Shown in pieces: positions 43,863 through 59,034 of a stretch of DNA of 64,000 nucleotides. Both the position numbers and the translations under genes were made by a program. Each line of letters opens with the position of its first letter. Position 1 is the first letter of the stretch. Origin of the DNA: the human T2T-CHM13v2.0 reference genome, Homo sapiens; NCBI RefSeq assembly GCF_009914755.1, contig NC_060937.1; one strand, given 5' to 3'. Under the pieces are notes generated by a model that was not told where the DNA came from, did no database searches, and worked only from the letters and a program-made list of their open reading frames with translations.

Positions 43863-44524
43863 TTATTCTTGTTTGCTGATAAGATAATCTTATATTTGGA
43901 AAAACCTAAAGACTCCACTAAAAAAAACTATTAGAACTGAGAAATTAAGTAAAATTGCAGGATACAAAATAGACATTAAAAAACAGTAGCATTTCTATAT
44001 GCCAACAGCAAACAACACAAAAAAGAATTCAAGAAAGTAATCCTATTTACAATAGCTATATATAAAACAAAATACCTAGGAATAAACTGAAACAAAGAAT
44101 TCAAGTGTTTGTATAATAAAAACTATAACATTGATGCATGAAATTGAAGAGGACACCAATTCTTACAAAATAATATGAAAGAAGCTACAAAAACAATGAA
44201 AAATAAAAAAATGAGTATTTTAATTAAAATAGTGCATTGAACTTTACATTATTAATTAGACTATAATAATGTCAACTGAACATGGATGATTGAAATACCT
44301 GTCTAAATACATTCACAAACATATATATTCTTACATCACAGAAGGATATACATGCACATATATTGAGCAAATATCTATTAAAATGTCACACAATATTTTA
44401 AAAGATCAACATGATATTAAATTGCATAACACAGCATTCTCAGCAAGACAAATATCCAAGAAAAATATTTTTGGTAAGAAGAAGATGGTAGACTTATATT
44501 GTTTGTTGAATTTTGTACTAATGT

Positions 44525-44685
44525 GTTATGTAAGAATTATAACCATTATCATTTTGCAAATGAGAAAATAAAAATTAAAAAATTAATAATTATATCTAGG
44601 ATTACCTTGGGTAAAAGTTGAAAATATAATGCCTAAACACATTTTTTAAGACTCCTAAGCCAGTGCTATTCCTCTGTTTCATAGT
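44525..44685 (-). mobile_element. MIR fragment
   Basis: attatcattttgcaaatgagaaaat...gactcctaagccagtgct. Confidence 0.5.
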
Positions 44686-44854
44686 ACTCATGTTGTTTTA
44701 AAACAATCAAAATTGGCTGTATTACCTCCTTAATTCTATGAAACTTGCTCAGTTTCACATGCTGTGTAGCTAGTTCTGGGATGGGAGATGACATGGGCAT
44801 TTGTAATTTGTGTCACATGTTATAGAAACAAGTGATATAAATATAATCTGAGAA

Positions 44855-45527
44855 ATGTCTGCTTCCAGAATAGGTGAATTTAAGAGAGTATATTTCCCCT
44901 ACTACCAAAACAAACAAACAAAAGAAAAAACAGAACAAACCAAAAAATCACCAAAGATAAAACATGTAAAACAAGGGTTTTCAGACATTGAAGTATAAAA
45001 TAGCACAGGTGAGTGATCCATGAGAAAGACAGATAAAATGAATTGAACCTATAATTGGCTTAGCATACTCCCTGGAATCCTTTACTGGACGCAATGCCAA
45101 AAAAGGTACTTGGAAACTGGTTTTCATGAACTGAGGAAATAGGAGTGGGAAGCTGGAGAGGCCAGTCAGCTAAAATATGGACAGAAGCGAGTGCTCAGGC
45201 GACAACTGTGTAGGAAAAGAGTTCTGAGTTCTACAAAGCCTCCTCCCCTACCTTAGTTTTCGGCTGCCTACAAATCAGCCTCTATCTGTGAGAAAAACAC
45301 CTGAGGTCAAAGCAAAGATCACCCAAAAGGAAAAGATGGAAAAATCCTTGTAGCTTACACAAAGCTGGAAATAATTCTGCTGCCACTAGTCAGATTGAAG
45401 AACCTAATAACTGAAGGGGAATAGGAAAGAGTATTTAGAAGATTATTGTCTCAATAGTGGGCCAACATTATTCCTAAATTAAAAACTACTCTGGTCTCAC
45501 AAAACAGTTCAAAAAGAATATCTAAAA
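44855..45527 (+). mobile_element. Old L1M 5' region (continues at 48255)
   Basis: ctgcttccag...aaaacaagggttttcagacattg...cacaggtgagtgatccatgaga resembles L1M 5' ends. Confidence 0.55.
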
Positions 45528-45569
45528 TTTTTTTTATCATGTACTGATTTATTCCAGCAAATGAAAGAT

Positions 45570-46957
<1,388 letters not shown>

Positions 46958-48251
46958 GAATCTGCTGTCCTGGAGGTGTTGAAGAGTTCCTGGACTGCTG
47001 GCCACAACAATCCAATGGGTGGTGACAGCCAAAGTGCTTCACCAGGTGATGGCAGTGGGATGTGTGCTCACCTGCATGTGCCAGCAGCAGTGGCAGTTTC
47101 TCATTGGCTGTGGTGAGGTGCTGACGGGCATAGGGCTGGCAGCCTCCGTGTGTGTTCACTTTAGTGGTGGTGGTGGTGCAGGACCAGTGGCATCCATGGA
47201 CACATTCTCATTGGCAGCAGTGTTGGTGATGGGGGTGGAGTGCTGGTGGGAACAGGACTGGTGGATTCTGTGTCCGTGTTGACACTACTGGTGGTGGCAA
47301 TGTGGGGCTGCTGGTCTCTGTGCATGCGTTCACACTGGCAGCCGGTGGTGGGCTGGGTGAAGTCGCATCAGCAGCAGTGGTAGAGTGGGGTGCATGTGCA
47401 CGCATGTGCTGGTGGGGAAGGGGAGGCAACATCACCCACATGCATGCATGGTGGCAAAAGAGTGGGTGTGTGGCCATGGGCGAATGCAAGCCAACCAAGT
47501 AGTGCAGGGAGGCTATGGTAGAGGGAGGTTGTGTGTGGCCTGGTGTGTCAGTGGGGACCACTCTGCTGGAGCTCTCTCATGGTCAGACACGGTTTGCCAG
47601 CACAGAAAGTATGATGTAAGTCCCCTGGTTGTGCATGAAGGCTACATTGCAAGCAGGTGTGGCTAGTCTGGGGCCTAAGAGAGGGCAGCAGACAGGGGGT
47701 TGTACAGGTTGGACTGGCTTTGTCTCACGGGCAGAGTCACTTTGCTCTGTTCAGGTCTGATAGGTCCTCTAAGTCTAATATCTCCTAGGGGACCAAAGTG
47801 AGCCTTTGGAGATGGGCATCCATGGCCACGCTCCACTGCAGATGTTGCCACACCAAATACTCTGGGCTTCACTCAGGCTGGAGTCCTGCCCCTACCACTT
47901 CTCTAAGTCTCTAAGCAGCTCTCTCTCTCCCAGCTCAAGTGTCCATGGGAGTTGTGGAGTCTCCTGTTAACAGGATTTCAGAGGCATGTGGTGAGAGCAG
48001 GTTGCTCCTTACCTTCTTAACTCGTGCCTTCTCCAGGAGTTGTTGAGGCCAGGAATGAGTCCCAGTGTGTGGTAGCCCTGTCCAGAGTTCCGAGCCTCCT
48101 TGTTCTTCAGCCCAACATCTGTGTCCTCCCTGCATCCATTCTCAATGCCTTCCCTCCAGAGATCGGCTCAGAGTGTACCACTCTTCCCAGTGTCCCAGTC
48201 CCTGAATGGCAGATGTTCCTCCTGGCTGCATCTAGTTGGCCATCATCCTCT
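46958..48251 (-). mobile_element. L1PA15/16-like GC-rich 5' UTR
   Basis: Reverse complement starts agaggatgatggccaactagatgcagccaggaggaacatctgcc, matching the L1PA15-16 5' terminus. Confidence 0.8.
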
Positions 48252-48254
48252 GAA

Positions 48255-49765
48255 AAGCCCATCTAAAAATAGTTAAATTGGCTTTAAGTAACTTAACTGA
48301 GTTTCAAAACAATATTAACACTAAAATATGTGGTGCTAAAGAAGTTATAAACACAGTACCTGACATTCAATAAATAAATTACGATATGTTCAAAGAAGCA
48401 AGAAAATATGACATATAGTAAAAAAAAAAAATCAAACAATGAGAAAAGACCCAGAAATCACATGTATGTTAGAATTAATAGAAAAAATATTTTAAAAGAT
48501 GCTAGAGGAAAGATTGAGCATGTTAAGCGGGCAAAATTGAATGAATAAGGATAAAAAATACAATGTTGGAAAGAAAATATGAACTAAGGGTACTGAGAGA
48601 TTGCAAATGAGAGACAAAAAGATTAGTAAACTTGACTATTTAGCGATGGAAACTATCAAAAATGAAGCATGAAATGCAAAATATTGGGGAAAAACCATAT
48701 AAAGAGACCCAGAAAATGTGGACAAAATTTTAAATGGCTTACTGTAGGTGTAATAGCAGTCCTCCATGGAGGATAGAGGACAGAAAATCATTGAAGAAAA
48801 TAAAGGCTGAAAAACTCCTAATTCAATAAAAATGATAAACTCAGATCCAATAAGCTGAATAAACTCTTAGCACAACAAATATAAATTACACCAATAAATA
48901 TCTAAGTCAAGTTGCTTAAAATGAGTAAAAAATGAAAAACTTAAAAGCAGCTAGAGAAAACAGCATACACGCACAAATGATAAATGTGAAGAATAACAGA
49001 AACTTCTCATCATAGAAAATACACTCCAAAAGATAGTAGAGCAACTTCTTTAAAAAGGAAAGAAAAGAATTAATTTACTATTGTATACCAAGTAAAATTA
49101 CCATTACATACAAAGGGTAAAATGTGTATGTATTCCAGACCTACAAAAGCTAAAAGAATTCAACAATTTCAGAACTGCACTACTAGATATGTTAAAGGAA
49201 ATTCTTCAGGCAGAAGTGGAATAGTTCCATATGCAAATCTGTATTTATACAAGGAATGTAAATGTGAGACTGAACTTTCTTTAGATGATAAGTCACTGAA
49301 TAAGCAAAAATAGTAATAATGTATTGTGGTGCTTATTACATAAGTATATGTAAAATGTATGACAAAATTATGCATTTAGAAATAGAGATATGGAAAAATA
49401 GTGTTGCAAAGATGTTATATTCTGTGTGAAGTGATATTACTGTAAGGTAGACAATGATAATTTAAAGGTATATACTATAAACCCTGAAAAACTACAAAAG
49501 TAAAGAAAAAATAGTACTTAATAAACTAACATATAATATAAAATATAGCAAAAATACTTAATCTCAAGTAAAGCAGAGAGAAACAAAAATGGAAACAAAT
49601 GTTTAGAAAAAATAGCATGACAAATTTGAACCCATTTATACTAAAAATAACTTTAAATCTAAATGATCTTAGCACAATTAAGAGAAATTGTCACATAGAT
49701 GAAATGTAATGGGTAGTACTAAACTATATGCTACCTATAAAAAATCACTTTAAAAATAAAGATAC
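48255..49765 (+). mobile_element. Old L1M (L1MC/ME-like) ORF1 to early ORF2 remnant
   Basis: aagaagcaagaaaatatgac, cttaaaagcagctagagaaaa, actagatatgttaaaggaaattcttcaggcaga, actatatgctacctata. Confidence 0.72.
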
Positions 49766-49767
49766 AA

Positions 49768-50058
49768 ATATGGCAGACTAGCCCCAAGTGTCTACTGAGT
49801 GCTTGAAATTAGCCTGATCCATATTGAGATGTCTTGGAAGTATAAGATACACACTAAATTTATTGACTTAATGTAAAAAAATACTTCAAGAGTAATTTTA
49901 TATTTATTACATGATGAAATTATGATATTCTGATTGCATGGAGTAAAATAAAATATATTTTTAATAAATTTTTTATTTTTATTTTACTTTCTAAGGTAGC
50001 CTCTGTAAAACTTAAAATTTGTCAAGTTGCTTGCATTAGATTTGCAGTAGACAGCACT
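49768..50058. mobile_element. MER33-like hAT-Charlie element
   Basis: ctactgagtgcttgaaat...attgagatg...aagtataagatacacact...taaaataaaatatatt...gacagcact. Confidence 0.7.
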
Positions 50059-50530
50059 TATCTGGAATATATAAATAACTCATAACTTGATAAGAGAATA
50101 TAGAACTAAATTAAAAAAAGAAAACGTATTTGAACACTTTACCAGATAAAATACATGAAAGGCAAATAAGCAAGTGAAATGATGTGCAACATCATTAGTT
50201 ATTTGAGAAATTTTCTTTGTATTTAAGTACAGGTTTGCAGTTAATTTTGGTTAAGAGATTTAAAGTTAATCCACTATAGCTGGGAAATAGATTGTACAAA
50301 GTCTGAATGTTTAAACAGTGAGAAGATAATAAACATTTCTACTAGTAAACTCTTTTTGTCTTGCCAATAATGAAATTACACATATTAGTATTACGTGATA
50401 TTTTACACAAACATGAACACACAATGATGTATTCTGCTTGAATGGAGTCTCAACTGTAGAGAGAGCAGCAGTATTTGCAATTGCAGAGAAAATGAAATTA
50501 TACTAAGATAGGAGCAATATGATAAACAAG

Positions 50531-50582
50531 GTTATGTTCTATCTAGATCTTCCATCGTTACATTCTATCTAGATCTTCCATC
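50531..50582. repeat. 26-bp tandem duplication (2 copies)
   Basis: gttatgttctatctagatcttccatc followed by gttacattctatctagatcttccatc. Confidence 0.9.
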
Positions 50583-50609
50583 AAGAGAACGTGCTATGTG
50601 AAGTATATT

Positions 50610-51160
50610 TGACTCACTCTCCAGCGACATCTTTGTTCTGTTTCTCCCAGCCTTCTTACAGTCACTAAACTCAGCAAAGGACCTGGAACTATGCCATTCT
50701 TTCCTGGATATGGGGTCTTTCTGTGAGCAACTTTTGTTAGAAGATTCCCATAGATCTGATCAAAGTTTCTTAGAGCTGCACTGCAGCCGGCAGATTTTTC
50801 TATCCACTCTGTTTTTCTCTCTCTCCTTTAAAAGGTATTAGATATTCATCAAGACCTAGAAGTTCTCTGTGTTATTCTCTCTTCCTCTTTATTTGTCACA
50901 ACTGTTTCTCTTGAACAAACTCTGCATATCACATCCTGCCTTGATGTCATCTTGGAGAATCCAAAGTGGCACAGATGGTGCAAAGAGTGGACTAGGAAAA
51001 CAGGCAGTCATACAGTACTTAATATTAGCTTCCTAGCTGTCAAGGAACACCAAATCTGGAGTGGAAGGAGGAACATGGATATTCACAGGCACAGAGTAAT
51101 AGCCTAAGCATTGGAAATTTTGCAGGTAGTGACCTATGGGAATCTCCACTGCAAATAAAC
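50610..51160 (+). mobile_element. LTR16-like LTR (to ~50973) plus start of ERVL internal region
   Basis: ggaactatgccattc, ttcttagagctgcactgcag, end tcttggagaatccaaagtggcaca, then PBS-like gatggtgcaaagagtgg...ggaaaacaggcag. Confidence 0.68.
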
Positions 51161-52142
51161 AAGTGCCCTCTCACAAGCTACGCCTGTCTGCTCTTCCGTA
51201 CAATAGGAGATCTTCTCTTCAGTTTTCTTTTTGCAAACCAAACAACTTTGCACAGCAGCCTACAAGCAGACACATTTTTTTTCAGTCTATTAGCTAGAGT
51301 GGCAGAGGCTTTTGCTTAACTCAGTCACTGGCAAGGTGAAAGATTCCCCAGGTGTTTGCTTAAATGACTAAAGGATAACTTTTGCACTTAGGTTGCATTT
51401 ACTTTACAAGTCACATAAGGGTAATAATTATCTATCATTCTTTTACCTCCCTCTCTCTGCCTCTCCTTCTTTCTCCCCTTTACCCTCTTTCATATTCACT
51501 ATCATTACCATTACAAAATTGTTTATAAGACCAAAATCTGGAAATAAATTGTTTATCCATATATAGGAAGTGATTATTTTAATAATGAGAGATCAATATT
51601 ATATAATAATAATCAGAAGGAAAAAATATGTATACATGCAGACATAAAATATTTATTATATTGTTACAATTTTTAAAAAAGCAAAACACAAGTTTTATAA
51701 CATGTCATAGGGAAATCCTGTTTATTATAAAAATATTAATATAGAAATATAGATATGGATGTATACATAGACATATCTAGAAAATGACATTCTTAAACAT
51801 GGGTATAATATTTATTAGAAAATATACAGAAAACAGTTGTGATTTACATTGTAGAATGGGAAAATGATGAGCGAGTGAATTAGAAAATGGGATTTATATT
51901 CTCATTCTTAATTCTCTTATATAATTGGACATTTCTTTTATAATTATTACTACGAAAATAATAGGAAAACGACAATTAGAAATAGAGCAAAATGAAAACA
52001 GTGATGGGCAGAAAATCATTATATTATGTGGCTTGGTTTTACTTTTCCCAGCCTCCCATGTGTGCTGCAATGCCCTTATGTTATTTCAGAAGTAAATGTA
52101 TTCATTTTCTTTCAAAATATAAACCACTATAAAATTATCTTT

Positions 52143-52487
<345 letters not shown>

Positions 52488-54973
52488 TTACTTGCTCATA
52501 TAGAAGAAGGTTTTTGAAAGAAATATTTTGACCAAAACTTCTATTTAAACTAAACGAGGGCTCAAGTTGAATAATATTTGGGTCTGAGAACAGTTTATCA
52601 CAATGTCAACTCAATGAAAGCAGTACTTTTCTGGCTCAATAAATCATTGGGTCAAATAACTTATAATAAATCAGTGATATAAAGTCTCAAGAGTTTTTCA
52701 AATCTATCCAACTTAAATATTATATTTCTCATCTTTTTTTACAATGCTTGTTTTAATGAATATTGCTTAGAATTAATCCAACATTTGTTAGTTTAATTTA
52801 TGTTAATTCATGTCATACGATTTACATCTTATAAATATTTTATGTTATTTCTGCAATAGCAGTACACATGGTGCTGCAGTCCAGTATGTGTTTGTAGTCT
52901 GATATAATCCTTATATTTATTTTGGAAACACATTTGTATGTTTTTTTTGTTTATAACTAATATCAACAAAAACATTATCTACAATATTTTTATTTAGCAT
53001 GAATTTTTAAGTACCAAAATTACTGCATCATTCTTGAATATAAAGAGTGTAAAGCATGATATTTTATTCATATTTTTCACCAAACCATTCTTAATTCTTA
53101 GCCCTGTGCCTAAAATGCCAATGCTGACGTTCCTAAAATTCTCCTTTGGGGAAAAAAAAAGAGAAGTTTTTGAGGAAGATGCCTAACACAACAATTTGCA
53201 GTTACAGTGTATTTCTCACTCTTTTGCATGTTTCGTGCATAGGAAAGTTTATTTTATGTAAAACTGGAGTAGGTCTATACTTTACTTCCACAGGTTTTAT
53301 AGGACTGGAGAGCTGTTTGTGATTGTGGCTTGTGTCACAGAAGAGATTTTGTCTTTTCTGACCTGATGTGTCTTCTTTTACTAGCCTCTCATGCTGAAAA
53401 TGAGTTCTAAGTTTCTGCCTTAAAATTAATGTAAAAAGTATTTTGCTTGATGACATACAGTGATGCCTGAAGTATTAGATGCTTTAATGCCTTCCTACGT
53501 TTCAAACTAAAATGAATTTCACCTCTTTATATTTAATTTTTATGTATTTGTAAGTTCTCAAACATAAATATTTAAGAGCTATATATTATAGAGATGTTAG
53601 TAGTGTTCTGTATTCACAAACTCAAAACATAAAGAAAGGAATGTAATTTAATTATTTGATTCACATATTTATTATTTGAGAAAATTATTTTAAGCCTAAA
53701 AATTTAATAATTATATTTTAAATGATCTCTTGTAATGCTTGAAATTAAGGTAGAAATGAACAATTGTTGGACTGAAATGCTAAACTGTGTTATTGCTTAT
53801 AGGCTTCCACTGGGAGTCTGCAACAGTACTCATTAGGGTAAGGCTAATCAGCATTACATCAGGGAAACAGCTAAAGTAGCAACTAAGGAAATAATATAAA
53901 AATAACTATAACAATTAAAGAAGCTAAACAAATAAGAAGGATATATGAAATTGTTTAATACGCTAAGGGTTACAGTCATAAAATAGTATAATGTAAGCTA
54001 TTTCAAATGGATATGTTCTAAAACTCTGTAGTATCATGATAAATCAATTAAAAGTGAGAGAAGGAATGTTGAACATTGGAAAGGGAATATTTGGACTGTC
54101 TATAAAACTTGAATATAAACTTATAAAAGAGTTCATCTTATTAAATCAAATTGTAATGTAGAAGTGAACACTGTTATGTTTGATGCCAAACAAGTGGAGC
54201 TTTTATGTGTGTTATCTATCAAATTAGTGTGATAAGTTTCTTATTTAAAGTAGGGCTCCTTAAGATATTCTTACATGGAGTTCATTAATATGTACCAGAA
54301 GATACCTCTAGTTTATTAAAAAATAATTGATGTTGGGACAAAGAGAAATAATTCAATATCTTCTCCTGTGTCTATTACATGCATTAACTAATGCAATGGT
54401 TCAAATAAATATATGTCCTTTAATCAAGGCTTCTAGAACTTGGGATAGGGAAGTGAGAGTCTTTCAGATGCACATATTTTAATTTCATGGATAAAACCTT
54501 GAAGAAAGGCTACATTTATGAAGTTGTGATTACTAAAAGATATAATTTGAATAGCTCAGATACTAATAGGTATTTCATTGATATTTGAGTGTAAAATCAC
54601 TTCCCTTTCTTAATTATGTGGTATAATTGCTTAAGACTCAGACCTGTAATACATCCTATGCAGTTACTATGATCAGTATATGGTCTACAAAGTCACGGGA
54701 GCAGCAGATGTCTGGCTCCATAAGTTAATAAACAAACACGTATGGGAAACAAAAACAAACAATAAAAAAACAAAAACTAGTAAGTATTATAGTTCTCATT
54801 CTAAGTCTAAAAAAATTTAGTAAGCCTGATAATGTCACCATTATGACCCATCTACTTTTCAGATAATTTTCATCCATTTTTCTTCACTAAAATTGTTCTG
54901 TGATTAACACCTTAATCTCATATCATCCATATAACAATGAAGAAATGAAACAGTGTAACTTTCTTTGGGAACT

Positions 54974-55347
54974 TTTTATGCCTGAATTGTGTTCCCCAAA
55001 ATTTTTATGTTGAAGTCGTTGCCACAGGTGGTACCTCTGTGTATAACTGTGTTTGGAGAAAGGACTTTACAAAGGTAGGTAAAAACGAGGTCATTAGCCA
55101 GGGTCCTAATCTAATATGATTGGTTTCCTTATAAGGAAAGGATATTAGAACATGTATACACACACAGGGAAGACTATGCAAGAATACAGGGAGAAGACAG
55201 CCATCTGTAAACCAAAGACAGAGACCTTAGAAGAAGCCAACCCTGCCGACAACTTGGTCTTAGACTTCTATCCCACAGAACTGTGACAAATTTTTAAGCC
55301 ACTCAGTCTGAGGTACTTTGTTTTGGCAGCCTTAGCAAACTGATACA
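54974..55347 (+). mobile_element. MLT1B-like solo LTR
   Basis: ctgaattgtgttccccaaaat...tatgttgaagtc...gggagaagacagccatct...ggcagccttagcaaactgataca. Confidence 0.88.
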
Positions 55348-56007
55348 TACCTGGAATCAAAAAGAACTAGTCTGCATAAAATTTGTGGTGGCATGGTTCA
55401 TATTTACATTTAATTTTAGGTGAAAAATATTGCCTTATTTAATTTGGCCTCACCTAAGTATGACACAACTATATTAAATTTATTAAATTATGTATTTGTT
55501 TACCTGCTAGGAAATTTTAGAGTATAAAAGTTTAGAATATAAATCTTTTAGGTAAAAAAACAGATAAATATTTTTGTCATAATCAATGTTCTTCACCATT
55601 TAGTTACATACTAATACATGAAGACAAAACATTTTGTACAATTTTTATGTTTGTAAATAACACAAATAATCTTTTTAAGAAACAAGTATAATATTTTAGG
55701 TCTGTATTTGGGCTTATGCTATCAGAATATACAACATCTGTAAATAATAAAAATAACAAAATATTAAAATATTACATTTGCCAGTTTACTTTAAAATTCA
55801 ATTTAAATTATTTTAAAATTGCCTAGCTTAAAGTTTCAAAATGTTGTTTCTTAAAATGAGATACATAATGGATATTACCTCTTTTAAATATATTTACCAC
55901 TAATGAAAATTTCATAATGCCATATTTGCATTTTTATTTTTTTTTTTAAATTAGGTATATTAACTTAATATTCACTTTATATTGTGGATGTTCATCCAAT
56001 TGGATGT

Positions 56008-56093
56008 TCACCCACTTTTTAATGGGGTTTTTTCTTGTAAATTTGTTTAAATTCCTTGTAGGCTCTCGATGTTAGACCTTTGTCAGATGGATA
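56008..56093 (-). mobile_element. Isolated ~85-bp internal L1P ORF2 fragment
   Basis: cccactttttaatggggtt...cttgtaaatttgtttaaattccttgtag...ttagacctttgtcagatggata. Confidence 0.8.
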
Positions 56094-57376
56094 CAATGTA
56101 TTTTTCTGTGTTTCTCCTCTCTGTTCTCAAGACTGTTTACAGCACATAATATTCTTGTGGAAAAATACTAATCCCAAGGTAAATTGTTACCTATCTATTG
56201 GATAAAACACAAAGTAGAGAATATTGTTTATGACTCTGCAAATTTTTATTTGTATATAACCTACATTAGAACTCACTGTTGGAAGCTGCTTGGGATAAAT
56301 TACAGAGAAATTATCAGATTTTTAAATTGATTATTATATACATACATATATATATATACACACACATACATACAGAATTGTGTAGTACTAATGATTGTCT
56401 TTCTCATAATTTTTAGATATATTTTCTTAAAGGGAAAATCAAATTGTGAAAAAAGAAAATTTACCACAGTTAGCCAAATATCCAATAGAATTTGAGAGAT
56501 GCTGCAAATTCTTTAAAACAAACAAACAAAAATACTAGAAATTTTTATTTAGACTGTTTCCACTGTCAAAACTTTAATTAAAAAATAATGAGCTGGAAGT
56601 AAATTTGCCTCCAAAATTATACCACAATGTGATAAAATCCCATTGATATTCTATTTTTGCTTTACGATAACACAGTGATTGTTAACATATCTGTTTATAC
56701 TTAAGGTTAATCTTTATGTATTAGACATAAGGTTGTATATAACCTTTCTAATTAGATTTCTGTGAGCATAACTTACCTCATTATTGATACTGCCAGGTTT
56801 TAGAAATTGAGATGTACAAAATTTTCTGTAAGGGGCTGGTAGATGAATAGGGAGAAACAGGCTAACCTAATTAAACATTCATGCCTTGAGTCTTATCACA
56901 GTAAAAAGGAGAGAAATTTAAAGAAGTTTAGGAATATGTTTCTCTTGAGAATATGTAATGTGAACTCACCCTTGAAGAAACTGTAATAGTTCAACAGGCA
57001 GAAAAAACAGGTAGATTCAATTTAGCACAGAACATATCAGGCAATTATGAAAGACAAAAGGACTGTGAGATGGCCAGATATATTAGGAAATAAATGTTCT
57101 TTTACATGTTAAAGAGTGGATAAAAGGAAATTAACATGAAATATTGTTCCAAATGATAACATTAAGAGTGGTTTGATAATCAAAAGAGTAGTTTTTACCA
57201 AAAAATTCTAAACTATAGTGAGATATTGAAGAATTTTGAAAGCAGTTATAGGGCCTCTGAATCTAGTTACAATATGGTAGAGATTGAAACAACTAGAATA
57301 ACCTGAATAAATCATATTTTCAAGTATATCAGATACTCATTAAACAAATAAGTTTAGTTAAATTAAAATTCCAGAG

Positions 57377-57822
57377 ACTAGAGATAGTTTGACTTCTTCT
57401 TTTCCTGTTTGGATACCTTTTATTTCTTTCTCTTGTCTGATTGCTCTGGCTAGGACTTCCAGCATGTTGAATAGGAGTGGTGTGAGTGCGCATACTTGTC
57501 TTGTTCCAGTTCTCAAAAGGAATGGTTCCAGAGTTTGCCTGTTCAGTATGATGTTGCCTGTGGATTTTCATAGATGAATCATTATTTTGAGTTATATTTT
57601 TTCAATGCTTAGTTTTTTGGGATTTTTTTGTTATCATGAAGGGATGCTGGATTTTATGGAAAGTGTTTTTTCCGTGTCTGTCTAAATGACCATGCGGTAT
57701 TTGTTCTCAGTATCTGGGTGACAGATTAATTCATACTCCAAACTTCAGCATCATGTGATATACTTATGCAACAAACCATCATGTGTACCCTTTGACTCTA
57801 AAATACAAGTTGAAATAAAAAA
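57377..57822 (+). mobile_element. 5'-inverted (twin-primed) L1: ORF2 antisense 57377-57706, 3' end sense 57707-57822
   Basis: gatagtttgacttc...ctgattgctctggctaggacttccag (antisense ORF2), then ctgggtgacag...tctaaaatacaagttgaaat; TSD aaaa(t)tccagag on both sides. Confidence 0.88.
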
Positions 57823-59034
57823 TCCAGAGGAACGAACGGTACTATCTAGGTGACATAAGATCATCAGACATTGCCACCCTCACTCTCCAGGGAAAATTGT
57901 TGAGTCTGAGTACAAGGCGATGAATAGGTTTAACACAGGTAGAGGGATGCAGTGGCAGGAGAAACCAACAGACCTTTGGTCAGTCAGGTAACCTTGCCTG
58001 AGAGACTGGAATCTAGAACATCCCCAAATGCATAGGGAATTATTCCCATTGGATATTTGCTAAGGGCTGAGGAGGTGAAGTGAAATCTCCCATGGTTACA
58101 TGACATTTTAGGCAAGAAAAAATCATTAGGTAACAAAACCTGCAGCATACATGTGACAATTTATTTTTTTATCAGGATTTTGAAATCAGAGGTAAACTGG
58201 ATTTAGCTGAAGCAATCAGCTGATTGGCTTCAGATGATCAGGTTTTTATAGTGTCTTCCTGATTGAGCAAAGAGTGAATTTTCCCTGGTGAAATTATATC
58301 AAATTCTGGATCCACATTTTTATAAACAAATTTACAGCATATAATTTCATGGCAGACAAAAAGGGACATGAATGTATGAGTGATATCAAGAGAGAAAAAA
58401 GAAGCTGACTTCCAAATGATACATCTGTAGGAACTAGCATACCCTACCCAATTATAAAATAATTATTATAAATACATCAAGAAAAATGGAAGAAATAATG
58501 GTGTATATTAAAAAAGCAGCAATGTATTAAAGTAAAAAGAATATTCTCATACTGAAAATCACAGTATCTGAAAATAATAAGGTACTGATTTGGCTTAAGT
58601 GGAGACTGAAAATAGAAGAAAAGAGTTGACAACTTGAAGCAAAGTAAATGCATAACATTCACAAAAGAATGAATAGAAGATACCAGAGAATAAAGAAGAT
58701 CTGAGACACAGTTTAAAGTTACAACATATGTATGTGTTGTCTCAGGTGGAGAAACAAGAGAAAATAATACAAAAACAATTTTAGAAGGTTTATAATAGCT
58801 TAACTTGTTAAAAACTAGTAAAAGACTTTAGTCCACCTATACAAGAATTTAGTAAACCTCAAGTCAGATAGTGTACATACACACACAAGGTAAGAAAAAA
58901 TAAATCAAAGTACTAACAACAAGCCAATGGCTGACTGTTGAGACCTACAGAATCCAGAAGAAAGTTGCCTCTTTTTAGAAATCTGAAAAACAAAATAAAA
59001 AAATAAAAAATAAAAAAGAACAATAACAACTACC

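Larger units (their letters stand above)
40020..44160 (+). mobile_element. L1MA-like ORF2 fragment split by a younger L1 and a THE1 provirus (pieces ~40020-40765, 41510-41552, 43863-44160)
   Basis: Consensus-contiguous L1 ORF2 across both insertions: caagagaaagaaa | ggtcatccaaattg...gtcaaattatt | cttgtttgctgat...aaaacctaaagactccac. Confidence 0.85.

Noticed and set aside
46958-48251. GC-rich island with many ORFs as a possible gene promoter or exon
   Set aside because: It is an L1PA15/16-like 5' UTR, CpG-depleted (many TG/CA), not a CpG island.
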